64,000 nucleotides of DNA from an uncultured Solirubrobacterales bacterium. Lineage in GTDB: Bacteria > Actinomycetota > Thermoleophilia > Solirubrobacterales > 70-9. The position numbers were made by a program, and so were the translations under genes. Shown here piece by piece: positions 50,032 to 63,240 of the stretch; positions within the stretch are counted from its first letter, which is position 1, and each line of letters opens with the position of its first letter. A model generated the notes under the pieces. That model was not told the DNA's origin. It saw only the letters and a program-made list of their open reading frames with translations, and made no database searches. The DNA lies in NCBI GenBank assembly GCA_963833375.1, contig CAWHXR010000001.1, forward strand, positions 408,429 through 472,428, in the 5' to 3' direction.

Positions 50032-50786
50032 CAGCCAAGGACCTGAGCGACCCGCCACCCATCGCCGGTCTTCGTCAGAGTGAGGCGCACCTCGCTGATC
50101 GCCCGGAGCCGGACGAGCGAGACGCTGGCGGTCACCTGCTGCTTGCCGGCCGCGCCGAGGACGACGTTGAGGACACGCGCCTGCGGAACCTTGCCGTTGG
50201 CGGGAAGGCGCGGCGGGTTGACCCTGAGCGCCTTCGCCAGCGGCTTCGTGGCGGTCGAGGTGAATGCGGCGTCGGTCTTCTTGTCGGAGTGCCCGACCTC
50301 ATATGCGACGAAGGCCTGCGCGAACTGCCAGGCCACCTGTGTCGGGGGATCGGCGGACTCGGCCGGGGGCTTGGGAGCGGCGACGGGTGCATGGCCAGGC
50401 TGGAACTGAGGTTTCACGCCCTGAAGGACCAGGGTGTTCGATCCCTGCGGCGCCGCGGTCACCGAGGCCGGCACCGGCACCGGATCGGGCCCGGAGGGGT
50501 GGTCGGTCGCGCTGAGCGCTCCGCCGACGGCCGAGGCGAGCGCAACCGTCGCAGCCGAAGCCGCGATTGCGGCGCGCGTCCTGCCGCTGCGCTCCCACAG
50601 GACGTCGCCGATCGGCCAGGTGATCCGCGTCTGGATCAGCCGCTGCAGCGGCTGCACGGCGCGGCTCGCGCGCCCGAGGGCGTCGCGAGTGGCGTCGCTG
50701 CCTCGCCACCAGACCCGCTCCTCGAGGCCCCAGGCGGCCTCTCGGATGGTCCAGCCGGCGTCCTCAGCTGAGACACGAATGTTCAT
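50031..50786 (-). CDS. hypothetical membrane-anchored protein
   Basis: 251-aa ORF with one central hydrophobic segment (AAIAASAATVALASAVGGAL) and a Pro-rich linker. Its stop shares 1 nt with the start of the downstream lytic enzyme gene (TGATG). Confidence 0.5.
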   Translation of the reverse strand: MNIRVSAEDAGWTIREAAWGLEERVWWRGSDATRDALGRASRAVQPLQRLIQTRITWPIGDVLWERSGRTRAAIAASAATVALASAVGGALSATDHPSGPDPVPVPASVTAAPQGSNTLVLQGVKPQFQPGHAPVAAPKPPAESADPPTQVAWQFAQAFVAYEVGHSDKKTDAAFTSTATKPLAKALRVNPPRLPANGKVPQARVLNVVLGAAGKQQVTASVSLVRLRAISEVRLTLTKTGDGWRVAQVLG

Positions 50787-50958
50787 GCCCTCAACTAGTC
50801 GTCCGGCTGAGGGCTAAGCCCCATACCGAGAAGTTGGTCGATTACGCCTACCGCAGGCGTGACGCGGGCGGCTAGCGCTTCTTTCGCTTCACCTTGAAGT
50901 CGTTAGGAGGAGACCTCGCCGAACTGCGTCCCGCCCAGCGTGGTCTCCACCCGGAGGG

Positions 50959-53582
<2,624 letters not shown>

Positions 53583-53620
53583 CCCGGCAATGGTAGCCGC
53601 TATAGTCGCCGAAGTAAAGA

Positions 53621-53645
53621 AATCTATGTGATCAGGACTTAGATT
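53621..53645. promoter_or_regulatory. 9-7-9 inverted repeat upstream of clpB (candidate HspR operator)
   Basis: AATCTATGT-GATCAGG-ACTTAGATT, with 8 of 9 arm positions complementary. Lies 39-63 nt upstream of the clpB ATG. The half-site ACTTAGATT recurs upstream of dnaK. Confidence 0.45.
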
Positions 53646-53733
53646 CGTGCCTGGAGTATCCTGGACCGATTGTCAGGTTGGCAAGGACCCGCGGCTGGCC
53701 ATAGGATGGCTTTCGAGCGGGTCAAGGATGACC

Positions 53734-54150
53734 ATGGAAGCGAACGTCGAGATCTACCAGCTGATCCTGGAGACCTTCAATCGCGAGGGGATCGAGGGCG
53801 TGATGTCCTACTTCACCGACGACGTCGAGGTCTATGACCCGGATCTGCCTGCGGGCACGTACCGGGGTCCCGATGCCGCGAGGCAGGTGATCGAGCAGCT
53901 GATGAGCGGATTCGTGAACGTCGAGATCCGGGATTTCCAGCTGCTGCCCGCCGGCGACCGCGTCGTCGCTCTGATCCACACCCGGGCCAAGGGGGATCGC
54001 GATGACCTGCAGGTCGAGGTGCGGGACGCGCACACGATGACGTTCCGCGACGGGAAGATCGCGTACTGGCGGCTCTATCTCGACCAGGGCGAGGCGCTCA
54101 CCGACGCCGGCCTCGACCCCGAGCTCGCCGGCGCCCGGTCGGGCTCCTAG
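53734..54150 (+). CDS. SnoaL/NTF2-like protein
   Basis: MEANVEIYQLILETFNREGIEGVMSYFTDDVEVYD..., a typical SnoaL-like pattern. AAGGA lies 5 nt before ATG 53734. The ORF opens at 53647. Confidence 0.65.
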   Translation: MEANVEIYQLILETFNREGIEGVMSYFTDDVEVYDPDLPAGTYRGPDAARQVIEQLMSGFVNVEIRDFQLLPAGDRVVALIHTRAKGDRDDLQVEVRDAHTMTFRDGKIAYWRLYLDQGEALTDAGLDPELAGARSGS

Positions 54151-54169
54151 AGGCGCCTCCGCTTCCCCG

Positions 54170-54905
54170 GTGGGGAGCGCCAGGATCAAGCGGGCGCCTG
54201 CGGCCCTCGTTGCCGTGATGGCGGCGGCGCTGGCTCTCGGCGGCCAATCGATCGCCGAGCCGGGGAAACCGCGGCAAGCGCCACGGCCCAGATCGCGTCT
54301 GGCCGCGAATCGCCTACCCGCCGGCCCGCGCCATCCGACGCGCGCAGGGGTTCGCCGCTGGCCGCGGCGATGTTTCCTTCGCCGTCTGCGATCGCTCGAT
54401 CGGCCTGCGCGGGTACGACACGGAGAGGCAGTTCAGCTCGGCGAGCGTCAGCAAGGTCCTTCTGCTGGCGGCGGAGCTGCGCCGGCTGGAGCGCGAGGAC
54501 CTGCCGCTCGACTCGGAGACCCGCGGTCTGCTGGAGCCGATGATCACCTACTCCGACAACCGAGCCGCCGACGCGGTCTACGCGCAGGTGGGAGATGACG
54601 GGCTCGAGGAGGCCGCCCGCCGCGCCGGCATGGACGACTTCGAGGCCACGCCGGGCTTCTGGGGCGGGGACAAGATCACCCCCGCGTTCAAGGGCGGCTG
54701 GCGCCCCCCGGGGCAGAAGCGCACCAGCGGACCGGTCACCCACCAGGTCGCGCTTCTCGAGCATCGTGGTGGCGAGCGCCTCGCCCTGGCGGTGCTCAGC
54801 GATGAGCCGCCGGGCGACGATGGCGGCTTTGGAGCCATCCGGGGCGTGGCCGAGCGCCTGCTGGGCCCGCCGCCGCCGCATCGCGGCGGCTGGGTCGCGC
54901 CCTAG
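54170..54905 (+). pseudogene. class A beta-lactamase-like serine hydrolase, signal peptide and mature domain in different frames
   Basis: Signal peptide MGSARIKRAPAALVAVMAAALALGGQSIA is in the frame of ORF 54170. The SxxK (SASVSK), SDN (MITYSDNRAAD) and KGG motifs are in the frame of ORF 54540, which is open from 54219. One extra nt near the G4A3 run at 54262-54268 would explain the shift. Span is 736 nt, which is 3n+1. Confidence 0.6.
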
Positions 54906-55381
54906 GAGCTGCGGCGCCGGATGGGGATCCGGGTGGATCCGCGGCCCCGGGCGATCGTCTCCGGCTCGTAGGCGCCGTAGGGGACGAGCTCGCCGCCGAT
55001 CGACTTGCGCAGGCGCTCGAGCTCCCGGGTCATGCGGCTCTCCATCTCGGCGGCGCGCTTGCGCATCCGCGTCATCTCCAGGCGCATCCGCTCCAGCCGC
55101 CGCTCGAGCTCCAGGACGGTCTCGACGCCGGCGAGGTTGAGACCCTCCTCGCTGGTCATCTGCTGGATGCGACGCAGGCGATCGACGTCGGCCTGCGAGT
55201 AGAGCCGGGTGTTCTTGGGCGAGCGCTTGGGGGTGATCAGGCCCCGCGCCTCGTACATCCGGAGGGTCTGCGGGTGCATCTCGGCGAGCTCGGCCGCCAC
55301 CGAGATCATGAAGACCCCGCGGTCCTCGTCGATCTGCCGCTCGCCGGCGGACTGCTTGTTCCTGCGTGCGCCGTCAGCCAT
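54902..55381 (-). CDS. hspR: MerR-family heat-shock repressor HspR
   Basis: Starts at [10 protein letters not shown] (ATG 55381, 8-nt overlap with the dnaJ end). [40 protein letters not shown]. It is the last gene of the dnaK operon. Confidence 0.85.
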   Translation of the reverse strand: MADGARRNKQSAGERQIDEDRGVFMISVAAELAEMHPQTLRMYEARGLITPKRSPKNTRLYSQADVDRLRRIQQMTSEEGLNLAGVETVLELERRLERMRLEMTRMRKRAAEMESRMTRELERLRKSIGGELVPYGAYEPETIARGRGSTRIPIRRRSS

Positions 55382-56507
55382 CGGTCTCAACTCTCCCCTC
55401 TGCCCCGGACCGAGCGGCGTGGCCGAGCAGCGAGGCGCGTGGATCCTCGCCGTTGAGGGCCTCGGCGAGCCTCTCGACCGCCTCGCGCTGCTCATCCGAG
55501 AGCTCCTTCGGAACGTCGATCTTGATGCGGTAGTAGATGTCGCCCCGGCCCGATCCCTTGGTCCGCGGCGGCCCCTCGCCACGCAGGCGCTGCACGGTGC
55601 CGTGCTGGGTGCCGGGCGAGATGCGGATCGTCTTGGAGCCGTCGAGCGTCGGCACCTCGATGCTGGCTCCTTGGATCGCCTCCGCCACCGTGACCGGCAG
55701 GTCGACCTCGAGGTTGCCGTCGGGGCGCTGCCGGAAGACCGGTGAGGGTGCGACCCGCGTGGTCACGTAGAGGTCCCCGCGGGGGCCGCCGCGGTATCCC
55801 GACTCCCCCTTCCCGGGCAGCCTGATCCTGCTGCCGTCGTGGACGCCCGCCGGGATGTTGACCCGGTAGCGCTTGGTCTCCTGCGCGATCCCGCTGCCCG
55901 CGCAGGTGGGGCAGGGCTCGTCGATCAAGCTGCCCTGGCCGCCGCATTCCGGGCAGGGCTGAGAGATCGAGAAGAAGCCCTGGCTCTGCGCGTCGATGCC
56001 GCGACCCTCGCAGCGCGGACAGACCCGCGGCGAGGTGCCCGGCTTGGCTCCGCTGCCATCGCAGGTCGGGCAGGGGCCGGTCGTCGGGACGGAGACCGCC
56101 ACCTGGGTGCCGTGCATGGCCTGGTCGAACGAGAGCCGGACCTCGGCCTCCAGGTCCCGGCCGCGCTGGGCGCGCGGGCCCTGCTGCCGGCCGCGACCGA
56201 AGAACGAGGAGAAGATGTCCCCGAGGTCGGAGGCGAAGCCGCCGCCCGGGAACCCACCCCCGCCCGGGAACCCACCGGCCCCGAAGCCGGCGAACCCGCC
56301 GGAGTCGTACTGCTTGCGCTTCTCGGGGTCCGAGAGGACGTCGTAGGCATGCTGGATCTCCTTGAAGCGCTCCTCGGCCTCCTTGTCGTCCGGGTTGCGG
56401 TCGGGATGCCACTTGCGAGCCAGCTCGCGGTAGGCCTTCTTCACCTCGTCCTGCGAGGCGGACTTCGAGACGCCGAGCACCTCGTAGAGGTCACGCGGGC
56501 CGGCCAC
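55374..56507 (-). CDS. dnaJ: molecular chaperone DnaJ
   Basis: J domain DLYEVLGV...HPDRN, a G/F region and four CxxCxGxG zinc-finger repeats. Confidence 0.95.
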   Translation of the reverse strand: MAGPRDLYEVLGVSKSASQDEVKKAYRELARKWHPDRNPDDKEAEERFKEIQHAYDVLSDPEKRKQYDSGGFAGFGAGGFPGGGGFPGGGFASDLGDIFSSFFGRGRQQGPRAQRGRDLEAEVRLSFDQAMHGTQVAVSVPTTGPCPTCDGSGAKPGTSPRVCPRCEGRGIDAQSQGFFSISQPCPECGGQGSLIDEPCPTCAGSGIAQETKRYRVNIPAGVHDGSRIRLPGKGESGYRGGPRGDLYVTTRVAPSPVFRQRPDGNLEVDLPVTVAEAIQGASIEVPTLDGSKTIRISPGTQHGTVQRLRGEGPPRTKGSGRGDIYYRIKIDVPKELSDEQREAVERLAEALNGEDPRASLLGHAARSGAEGRVETDG

Positions 56508-57049
56508 TACTGGCTCACCACCACCCTGGCCGGGCGGAGCACCTGCCCGTCCAGCCGGTAGCCCTTCTCGAGCGTCTCCACGACCACGCCGGGGTCGGTG
56601 CCCTCCTCGGGCCGCGTCGAGAGCGCCTCGTGCAGCTGGGGATCGAAGCGCTCGCCCGTCGGGTCGAACGCCTCGACGCCGGCGCCCTCCAGCCGGCCGC
56701 GAAGCTCATCGTGCACGAGCGCTACGCCGTGGATCAGGGCCTCGTGGGCCGAGGGGTCCTCACCCGCCTGCAGCGCGCGCTCCAGGTTGTCGATCACGGG
56801 CAGGAGCTCCCGGGCCAACTCGGCCTTGCCGCGAGCGAGCGCCTCGGACGTTTCCCGGGCGACCCGCTTGCGGTAGTTGTCGAAGTCGGCCCTGGTGCGC
56901 TGCGCGAGCTCCAGGAACTCGTCGCGCTCGCGCTTGGCCTCGCCGAGCTCGTCGAGATCTCGCTCGACCTGCTGCTCGGCCTCGCGCTCCTCGCGCTCGG
57001 CCTCCGTCGGGATGCGCTCCTCGGCCTCGGGGGACGGCTGATCGCTCAT
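56507..57049 (-). CDS. grpE: nucleotide exchange factor GrpE
   Basis: [12 protein letters not shown] motif. Lies between dnaK and dnaJ. Confidence 0.92.
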   Translation of the reverse strand: MSDQPSPEAEERIPTEAEREEREAEQQVERDLDELGEAKRERDEFLELAQRTRADFDNYRKRVARETSEALARGKAELARELLPVIDNLERALQAGEDPSAHEALIHGVALVHDELRGRLEGAGVEAFDPTGERFDPQLHEALSTRPEEGTDPGVVVETLEKGYRLDGQVLRPARVVVSQ

Positions 57050-57058
57050 CGGCCGCCC

Positions 57059-59008
<1,950 letters not shown>

Positions 59009-59036
59009 TTACGGCTTCCTAGGCTAGCACCCAAGA

Positions 59037-59061
59037 AATCTAAGTCGCAGTGGGGCAGATT
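59037..59061. promoter_or_regulatory. HspR-operator-like element upstream of dnaK (one perfect half-site)
   Basis: On the dnaK strand the sequence is AATCTGCCC-CACTGCG-ACTTAGATT. It has the same 9-7-9 geometry as the clpB repeat, with an identical right arm and left-arm outer 5 nt AATCT. It overlaps a TAGATT -10-like hexamer 56-80 nt upstream of the dnaK GTG. Confidence 0.35.
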
Positions 59062-59080
59062 GTCGTCCGCCTGCAAGGCC

Positions 59081-59116
59081 AAAAAGAGAGGCCGGGGCAC
59101 CTGGCCCCGGCCTCTC
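59081..59116 (-). terminator. intrinsic terminator after the EEP-family gene
   Basis: Perfect 12-13 bp GC-rich stem GAGAGGCCGGGG(C)/(G)CCCCGGCCTCTC with a 5-7 nt loop. On the minus strand it is followed by TTTTT. Lies 23 nt downstream of the stop at 59139. Confidence 0.8.
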
Positions 59117-59138
59117 GGGAACTGCTGGACGGCTGGGC

Positions 59139-60959
59139 CTACTTCTTCTTGCCCTTGTGCTGCTTGCCGCCCGGAACGTTCAGCACGCCCAGGACTCCGG
59201 CGTGATCCGACTGCCAGAGGCCGTTGGCGAAGGTATTCAGCAACAACGAGCTCTTGAGACTGATGCTTGAGCTGTTGGTGAGAATGTGATCGATGTGCTT
59301 CGTGAGCGTGTTGTCGTTCGGGTCGGTGAGCAACTCGGCGTGCCCATCGGTCGGCGTGCTGAGTGACGTCAGAGACGAGAACCCAGCGGCCGCCAGCCTG
59401 TTGTAGGCGATGTTCGACGCGTTGTCCGCGTTGGGATCGGCGCCCGGAGCAACGTTCGCATCCGAGTTGAGATCGCCGATCAGGACCGTGTTCGGCTGAG
59501 CCGCCGGTCCGCCCGGAGCGACCAGCTCTGATGCCTGGTCCTCTCGGAACGTACCTGCGTTCTCCGACTCGAGGTGCGTGTCCACGAGGTGGAACTTCTT
59601 GCCGCGGACATTGAGATCAGCGGCGATCCAGCCTCTGGTGAACCTGAGCGTCGCGGCTCCACCGAGCACCGACACCGCGAACGTGTTCTGCGGCGCGTAG
59701 TTGCCGCTCTTCACGTTCGATGACTTGATGTCCGCGCCCTTGCGGACGATGACGGCGTCGCGCATCTGCAGACGCGCGTCTGCGTCGACTCCGTGGAACA
59801 TGCACACGGGGGCGCGTGCCGCCGCATACCCGGCGCCGCTGAACGGCCACCCTAGGGTTCCATCCGCGGGGCCCGGGTCCGCGCTGGTGTCCTGCTCGGG
59901 CTCCGTCGGCGACGCACAGTCCTCGACGCCCGCGGCATCGAGCCCGTTTCCGGCCGCGTCGAACGCGACGGGGCTGGGGCTATCCCCGCACCCGCCACCG
60001 CAGAGCGGGGTGCCGTTGTCCGGCGACGGGAAGTTGCCGGACAGGGCGCTGTGATCGAAATTGGCGTCCTGCGGCAGCCCGATCGGGTCCTGGCCCGGCG
60101 GATTGACATCCGTCTCGCTGTTGTCCAGCCGGCTCTCGCAGTCATACGGGGCGGCCGCGCCCTGCATGCCGGTGCCCGGCGTCGGGTCCCCAGCAGCCGG
60201 ACCACTCTTCTCGTTTCCCGCCGTGGGCCCATAGTCGATCAGGCCATCGCCGTCGTTGTCCTTGCCGTCCGAGCACTGCGCTGCGGGCGGCTCCTGGGCC
60301 TTGACACCGACGTCGTCGTTGCCCCAGAGCCACTTCCCGATGTCCAACGGGCTCGTGGTCTGGCTGACGTCGAACGTCCTGCCGTCGGGACCGTTGTTGT
60401 GGTCGAGATCCGAGGGCTCACTGACATCTGCCTCCTGCTGCGCCCGCAGCAGCGTGTAGCCGCGGTAGCACTGCTTGTTCGGGTGCTTCTTGTGGAAGTT
60501 CTTGCACCCCTTCTTGGTCAACGCCTTCTGGTTCAGGGTGTTCAGCAGGGTGTCGATGTAGTCGATCAGCGGCGTAGTCGCCCCAAAGCCGGGTGGGGAT
60601 CCGAGCTTCCACAGCGCCGCCTCCTGCAGCCCGACGACGTCCGCCTTGTTCTTTTTGATCTCGTTGGCGATCGTCTGGGCGCGAACGTTGAAGTCGTTCG
60701 TGTTCACGTTGTTGATGATCGTGCCGGCCTCATCGACCAGCCCGTCCGTATGCGAAAGCGCGCCCTCTCTCGCGGCACGCGTGAGGTCAGAACCCAGATA
60801 GAGGTTCTGGGTCATGACCTTGACGTAGTCCTTCTTCTTCTTTCCCTTCGCGTCGGCGACGCCCGGGAACAGCACCAGCCCGAGGGCCGCAACCAGCCCC
60901 AAGACCACTGCCAGCCCCACGCGTCCCCGCTTCCTCGGGAACCGATCTGCGTAACTCAA
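59139..60959 (-). CDS. secreted endonuclease/exonuclease/phosphatase (EEP) family protein with a large insert
   Basis: TTG start with AAGGAG 5 nt upstream, then a signal peptide. EEP N-terminal motif VMTQNLYLG and C-terminal SDHAGVLGV. The central insert of about 200 aa contains CSDGKDNDGDGLIDYG. Confidence 0.7.
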   Translation of the reverse strand: MSYADRFPRKRGRVGLAVVLGLVAALGLVLFPGVADAKGKKKKDYVKVMTQNLYLGSDLTRAAREGALSHTDGLVDEAGTIINNVNTNDFNVRAQTIANEIKKNKADVVGLQEAALWKLGSPPGFGATTPLIDYIDTLLNTLNQKALTKKGCKNFHKKHPNKQCYRGYTLLRAQQEADVSEPSDLDHNNGPDGRTFDVSQTTSPLDIGKWLWGNDDVGVKAQEPPAAQCSDGKDNDGDGLIDYGPTAGNEKSGPAAGDPTPGTGMQGAAAPYDCESRLDNSETDVNPPGQDPIGLPQDANFDHSALSGNFPSPDNGTPLCGGGCGDSPSPVAFDAAGNGLDAAGVEDCASPTEPEQDTSADPGPADGTLGWPFSGAGYAAARAPVCMFHGVDADARLQMRDAVIVRKGADIKSSNVKSGNYAPQNTFAVSVLGGAATLRFTRGWIAADLNVRGKKFHLVDTHLESENAGTFREDQASELVAPGGPAAQPNTVLIGDLNSDANVAPGADPNADNASNIAYNRLAAAGFSSLTSLSTPTDGHAELLTDPNDNTLTKHIDHILTNSSSISLKSSLLLNTFANGLWQSDHAGVLGVLNVPGGKQHKGKKK

Positions 60960-61154
60960 CAGGACTCCTTTCTGAGAGACGCAGCCCCGCCGCCCCTCGA
61001 CTCTCCTCTCTCTACCCCCATAAGACTCTGCCCCTATAAATAACGCTATTCGATCCAGAGTTGCGCGGATACCGGGGAAAACCGCAGAACTCGGTAGTAG
61101 CCCCCACTTAGGGACAACTCGGTACGAGCTGGATGGCGCCTGGCGCGCCTGGCC

Positions 61155-61547
61155 CTAGGGCCCCTGTCCCGCGACCTGGGAGACGAAGGTCGCGACCTCG
61201 TCGGCCTGCTGGCCGCTGAGGATGCCCTTCGGCATCCGCCCGGCGACGCCGTTGTTGATCGCGCTGAGCACGCGGGGCTTGATCGTCGCCGGGTCCGGCG
61301 CGCTGGAGCTGGGCGGCGCCAGCAGCTCGTCGAGGTTGGGCCCGACGACGCCGTCGGTGCCGGCCTTGGCGAGGGTGTGGCAGGCGCCGCAGTTGGTCAC
61401 GAAGAGGTCCTTGCCGGGCTGCAGGCTGGAGGAGACCTCCTCGGGCGAAGCACTGCCCGAGCCCTCGTGGGTGATCGCCCAGGCGGGGATGCCGACCCCG
61501 AGGATCAGCACGACCAGCCCGAAGATGACGAAGGTGCTCCGCTTCAT
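61155..61547 (-). CDS. membrane-anchored class I c-type cytochrome
   Basis: Starts at MKRSTFVIFGLVVLILGV (ATG 61547). Haem-binding CGACH and the distal Met in GRMP. Confidence 0.8.
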   Translation of the reverse strand: MKRSTFVIFGLVVLILGVGIPAWAITHEGSGSASPEEVSSSLQPGKDLFVTNCGACHTLAKAGTDGVVGPNLDELLAPPSSSAPDPATIKPRVLSAINNGVAGRMPKGILSGQQADEVATFVSQVAGQGP

Positions 61548-62323
61548 TTCTGGCGGCGGAGCATATAGCCGCTCATGGCGCCGCTCTTGTAGAAGGGGCA
61601 CATCCGGCGCAGCCCGCACTCGCCGCAGCGCGGCCGCGGGCGGCAGATCGCCCGGCCGTGCCGAATCAGGTTGATGTGGAGCTCGTAGGCGTCCTCGGGC
61701 GGCGTGATGGCGAGCATCTCGTCGTGCGCCTCGTCGAACGAGGCGCCCGCCCTGAACAGCCCCAGCCGGCCGCCCACCCGGTGAACGTGCGTGTCGACCG
61801 GGATCTCTGGGCGCCCGAGGGCGAAGATCAGAACGCAGGCCGCGGTCTTCCGCCCGACGCCGGGCAGCTCGGTGAGGAACTCGAGCGCCCGCTCGCGCGG
61901 CGCCTCGGCCAGCCAGTCGAGGTCGGGCTCGTCGCCGAGCCGCCCGAGGATCTCCTGGATGCGAGGGGCCTTCGTCGCGCTCAGCCCACCCGGCTTGATC
62001 GCGGCCTCGACCTCCTCGGTCGGCGCGTCGCGCACCGCCTCCCAGGTGGGGAAGCGCTCGCGGAGGCGGTCGTACGCCACGTCCCGGTTGCGGTCGTTCG
62101 TGTTCTGGGAGAGCACCGTGCGGACCAGCTCCGCGATCGGGTGCCCGTGCGGCTCGTTGACGGGCTGCCCGTAGAGCTCGCGAAGGCGGTCCCGGATGGC
62201 GAGCACCCGGCGGCGCGGCGGCCGGCGCCAGTCCGGGTCGCGCTTCGGAACGCGCGGGGGAGGCGAGGGAGGGAGCGTCGCGGTCTTGCCGCCGGCGAGG
62301 ACGACCTTGCTGGGCAGGGGCAC
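61544..62323 (-). CDS. nth: endonuclease III-like HhH-GPD base-excision glycosylase
   Basis: C-terminal part of ORF 61544-63208. HhH LPGVGRKTAACV, a catalytic D in VDTHVHRV, and the Fe-S motif CRPRPRCGECGLRRMC (C-x6-C-x2-C-x5-C). Start is uncertain: GTG 62323 or an internal GTG. Confidence 0.8.
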   Translation of the reverse strand: MPLPSKVVLAGGKTATLPPSPPPRVPKRDPDWRRPPRRRVLAIRDRLRELYGQPVNEPHGHPIAELVRTVLSQNTNDRNRDVAYDRLRERFPTWEAVRDAPTEEVEAAIKPGGLSATKAPRIQEILGRLGDEPDLDWLAEAPRERALEFLTELPGVGRKTAACVLIFALGRPEIPVDTHVHRVGGRLGLFRAGASFDEAHDEMLAITPPEDAYELHINLIRHGRAICRPRPRCGECGLRRMCPFYKSGAMSGYMLRRQK

Positions 62324-62350
62324 GCGGCGAGGATATTGTCCGCGCCCACC

Positions 62351-63193
62351 GTGGCCTCCATCGAGACCGGCACCGTGATGGTCGACGGCGTCTCCGCCTT
62401 CTTCCGGAGGGTGCACGGGGACGGGCCGCCGGTCGTCTTCGTCCACGGCAATCCGACCCACAGCGAGGATTGGCAGCCGTTCCTCGAGCGAATGCCGGGC
62501 CCGGCGCTGGCGTTCGACCTCCCTGGCTGGGGCCGCTCGGGGCGCCCCTCGCCCTCGGACTTCGACTACTCGATGGGCGGCCTGGCCAGGTTCACTCGGC
62601 GCTTCCTGCAGCGGATGGCGGTCGACGATTACTCGCTGGTCGTGCACGACTGGGGAGCGGTCGCGCTGATCGCCGCGCAGGAGGAGCCGGAGAGGGTCAG
62701 GCGGCTGGCGGTCGTCAACGCGGTCCCGCTCCTGCCCGGGTATCGCTGGCACCGCACCGCTCGCGCCTGGAGGACCCGCGGCCTGGGCGAGCTCTCGAAC
62801 CGGCTCTGGACCCGGCGGCTGCTGGACCTGGGGCTGCGCGAGTCCCGCGGCGCCTGGAGCCGGCACGACGCGGCCTTCGTCGACATGATCTGGAACCACC
62901 TCGACCAGGGCACGTTCGACGCGATCCTGAGGCTCTACCGCTCGGCGGATCCCGACGAGCTGGCCGCCGCCGGCCGGCGCCTCGCCTTGCTCACGTCGCC
63001 CGCGCTGGTCCTCTGGGGCATGCGCGACCGCTACATCCCGTCGAGGTTCGGGGCCGAATATTCCGCTCGGCTGCCGAACTCGGAGCTCGTGGAGGTCCCG
63101 GAGGCCGGCCACTGGCCTTGGGTCGACGCGCCCGAGCTGGTCAATCGCGTGGTCAGCTTCCTGGCGAGCCACGAAGACTTCCGCAACCCTTGA
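62351..63193 (+). CDS. alpha/beta hydrolase (haloalkane dehalogenase-like fold)
   Basis: VFVHGNPT oxyanion motif and nucleophile elbow VVHDWG. The C-terminal GHWPW provides the catalytic His. Candidate starts are GTG 62351 and ATG 62378. Confidence 0.8.
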   Translation: MASIETGTVMVDGVSAFFRRVHGDGPPVVFVHGNPTHSEDWQPFLERMPGPALAFDLPGWGRSGRPSPSDFDYSMGGLARFTRRFLQRMAVDDYSLVVHDWGAVALIAAQEEPERVRRLAVVNAVPLLPGYRWHRTARAWRTRGLGELSNRLWTRRLLDLGLRESRGAWSRHDAAFVDMIWNHLDQGTFDAILRLYRSADPDELAAAGRRLALLTSPALVLWGMRDRYIPSRFGAEYSARLPNSELVEVPEAGHWPWVDAPELVNRVVSFLASHEDFRNP

Positions 63194-63240
63194 CGAACTT
63201 GTTATCACCGGTTAACTGGGTGACTAGAATCCCCCGACTT

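Noticed and set aside
59015-59035. CTTGGGTGCTAGCCTAGGAAG (dnaK strand) as a canonical HAIR element
   Set aside because: Only the outer 3 bp of the arms are complementary, and the match to CTTGAGT-N7-ACTCAAG is poor. The AATCT...AGATT repeat just upstream is a better candidate.
61544-63208. 554-aa minus ORF and 511-aa plus ORF covering the same DNA
   Set aside because: Only the C-terminal 260 aa (nth) and C-terminal 281 aa (alpha/beta hydrolase) show family motifs. The N-terminal extensions are shadow ORFs over each other's coding regions.
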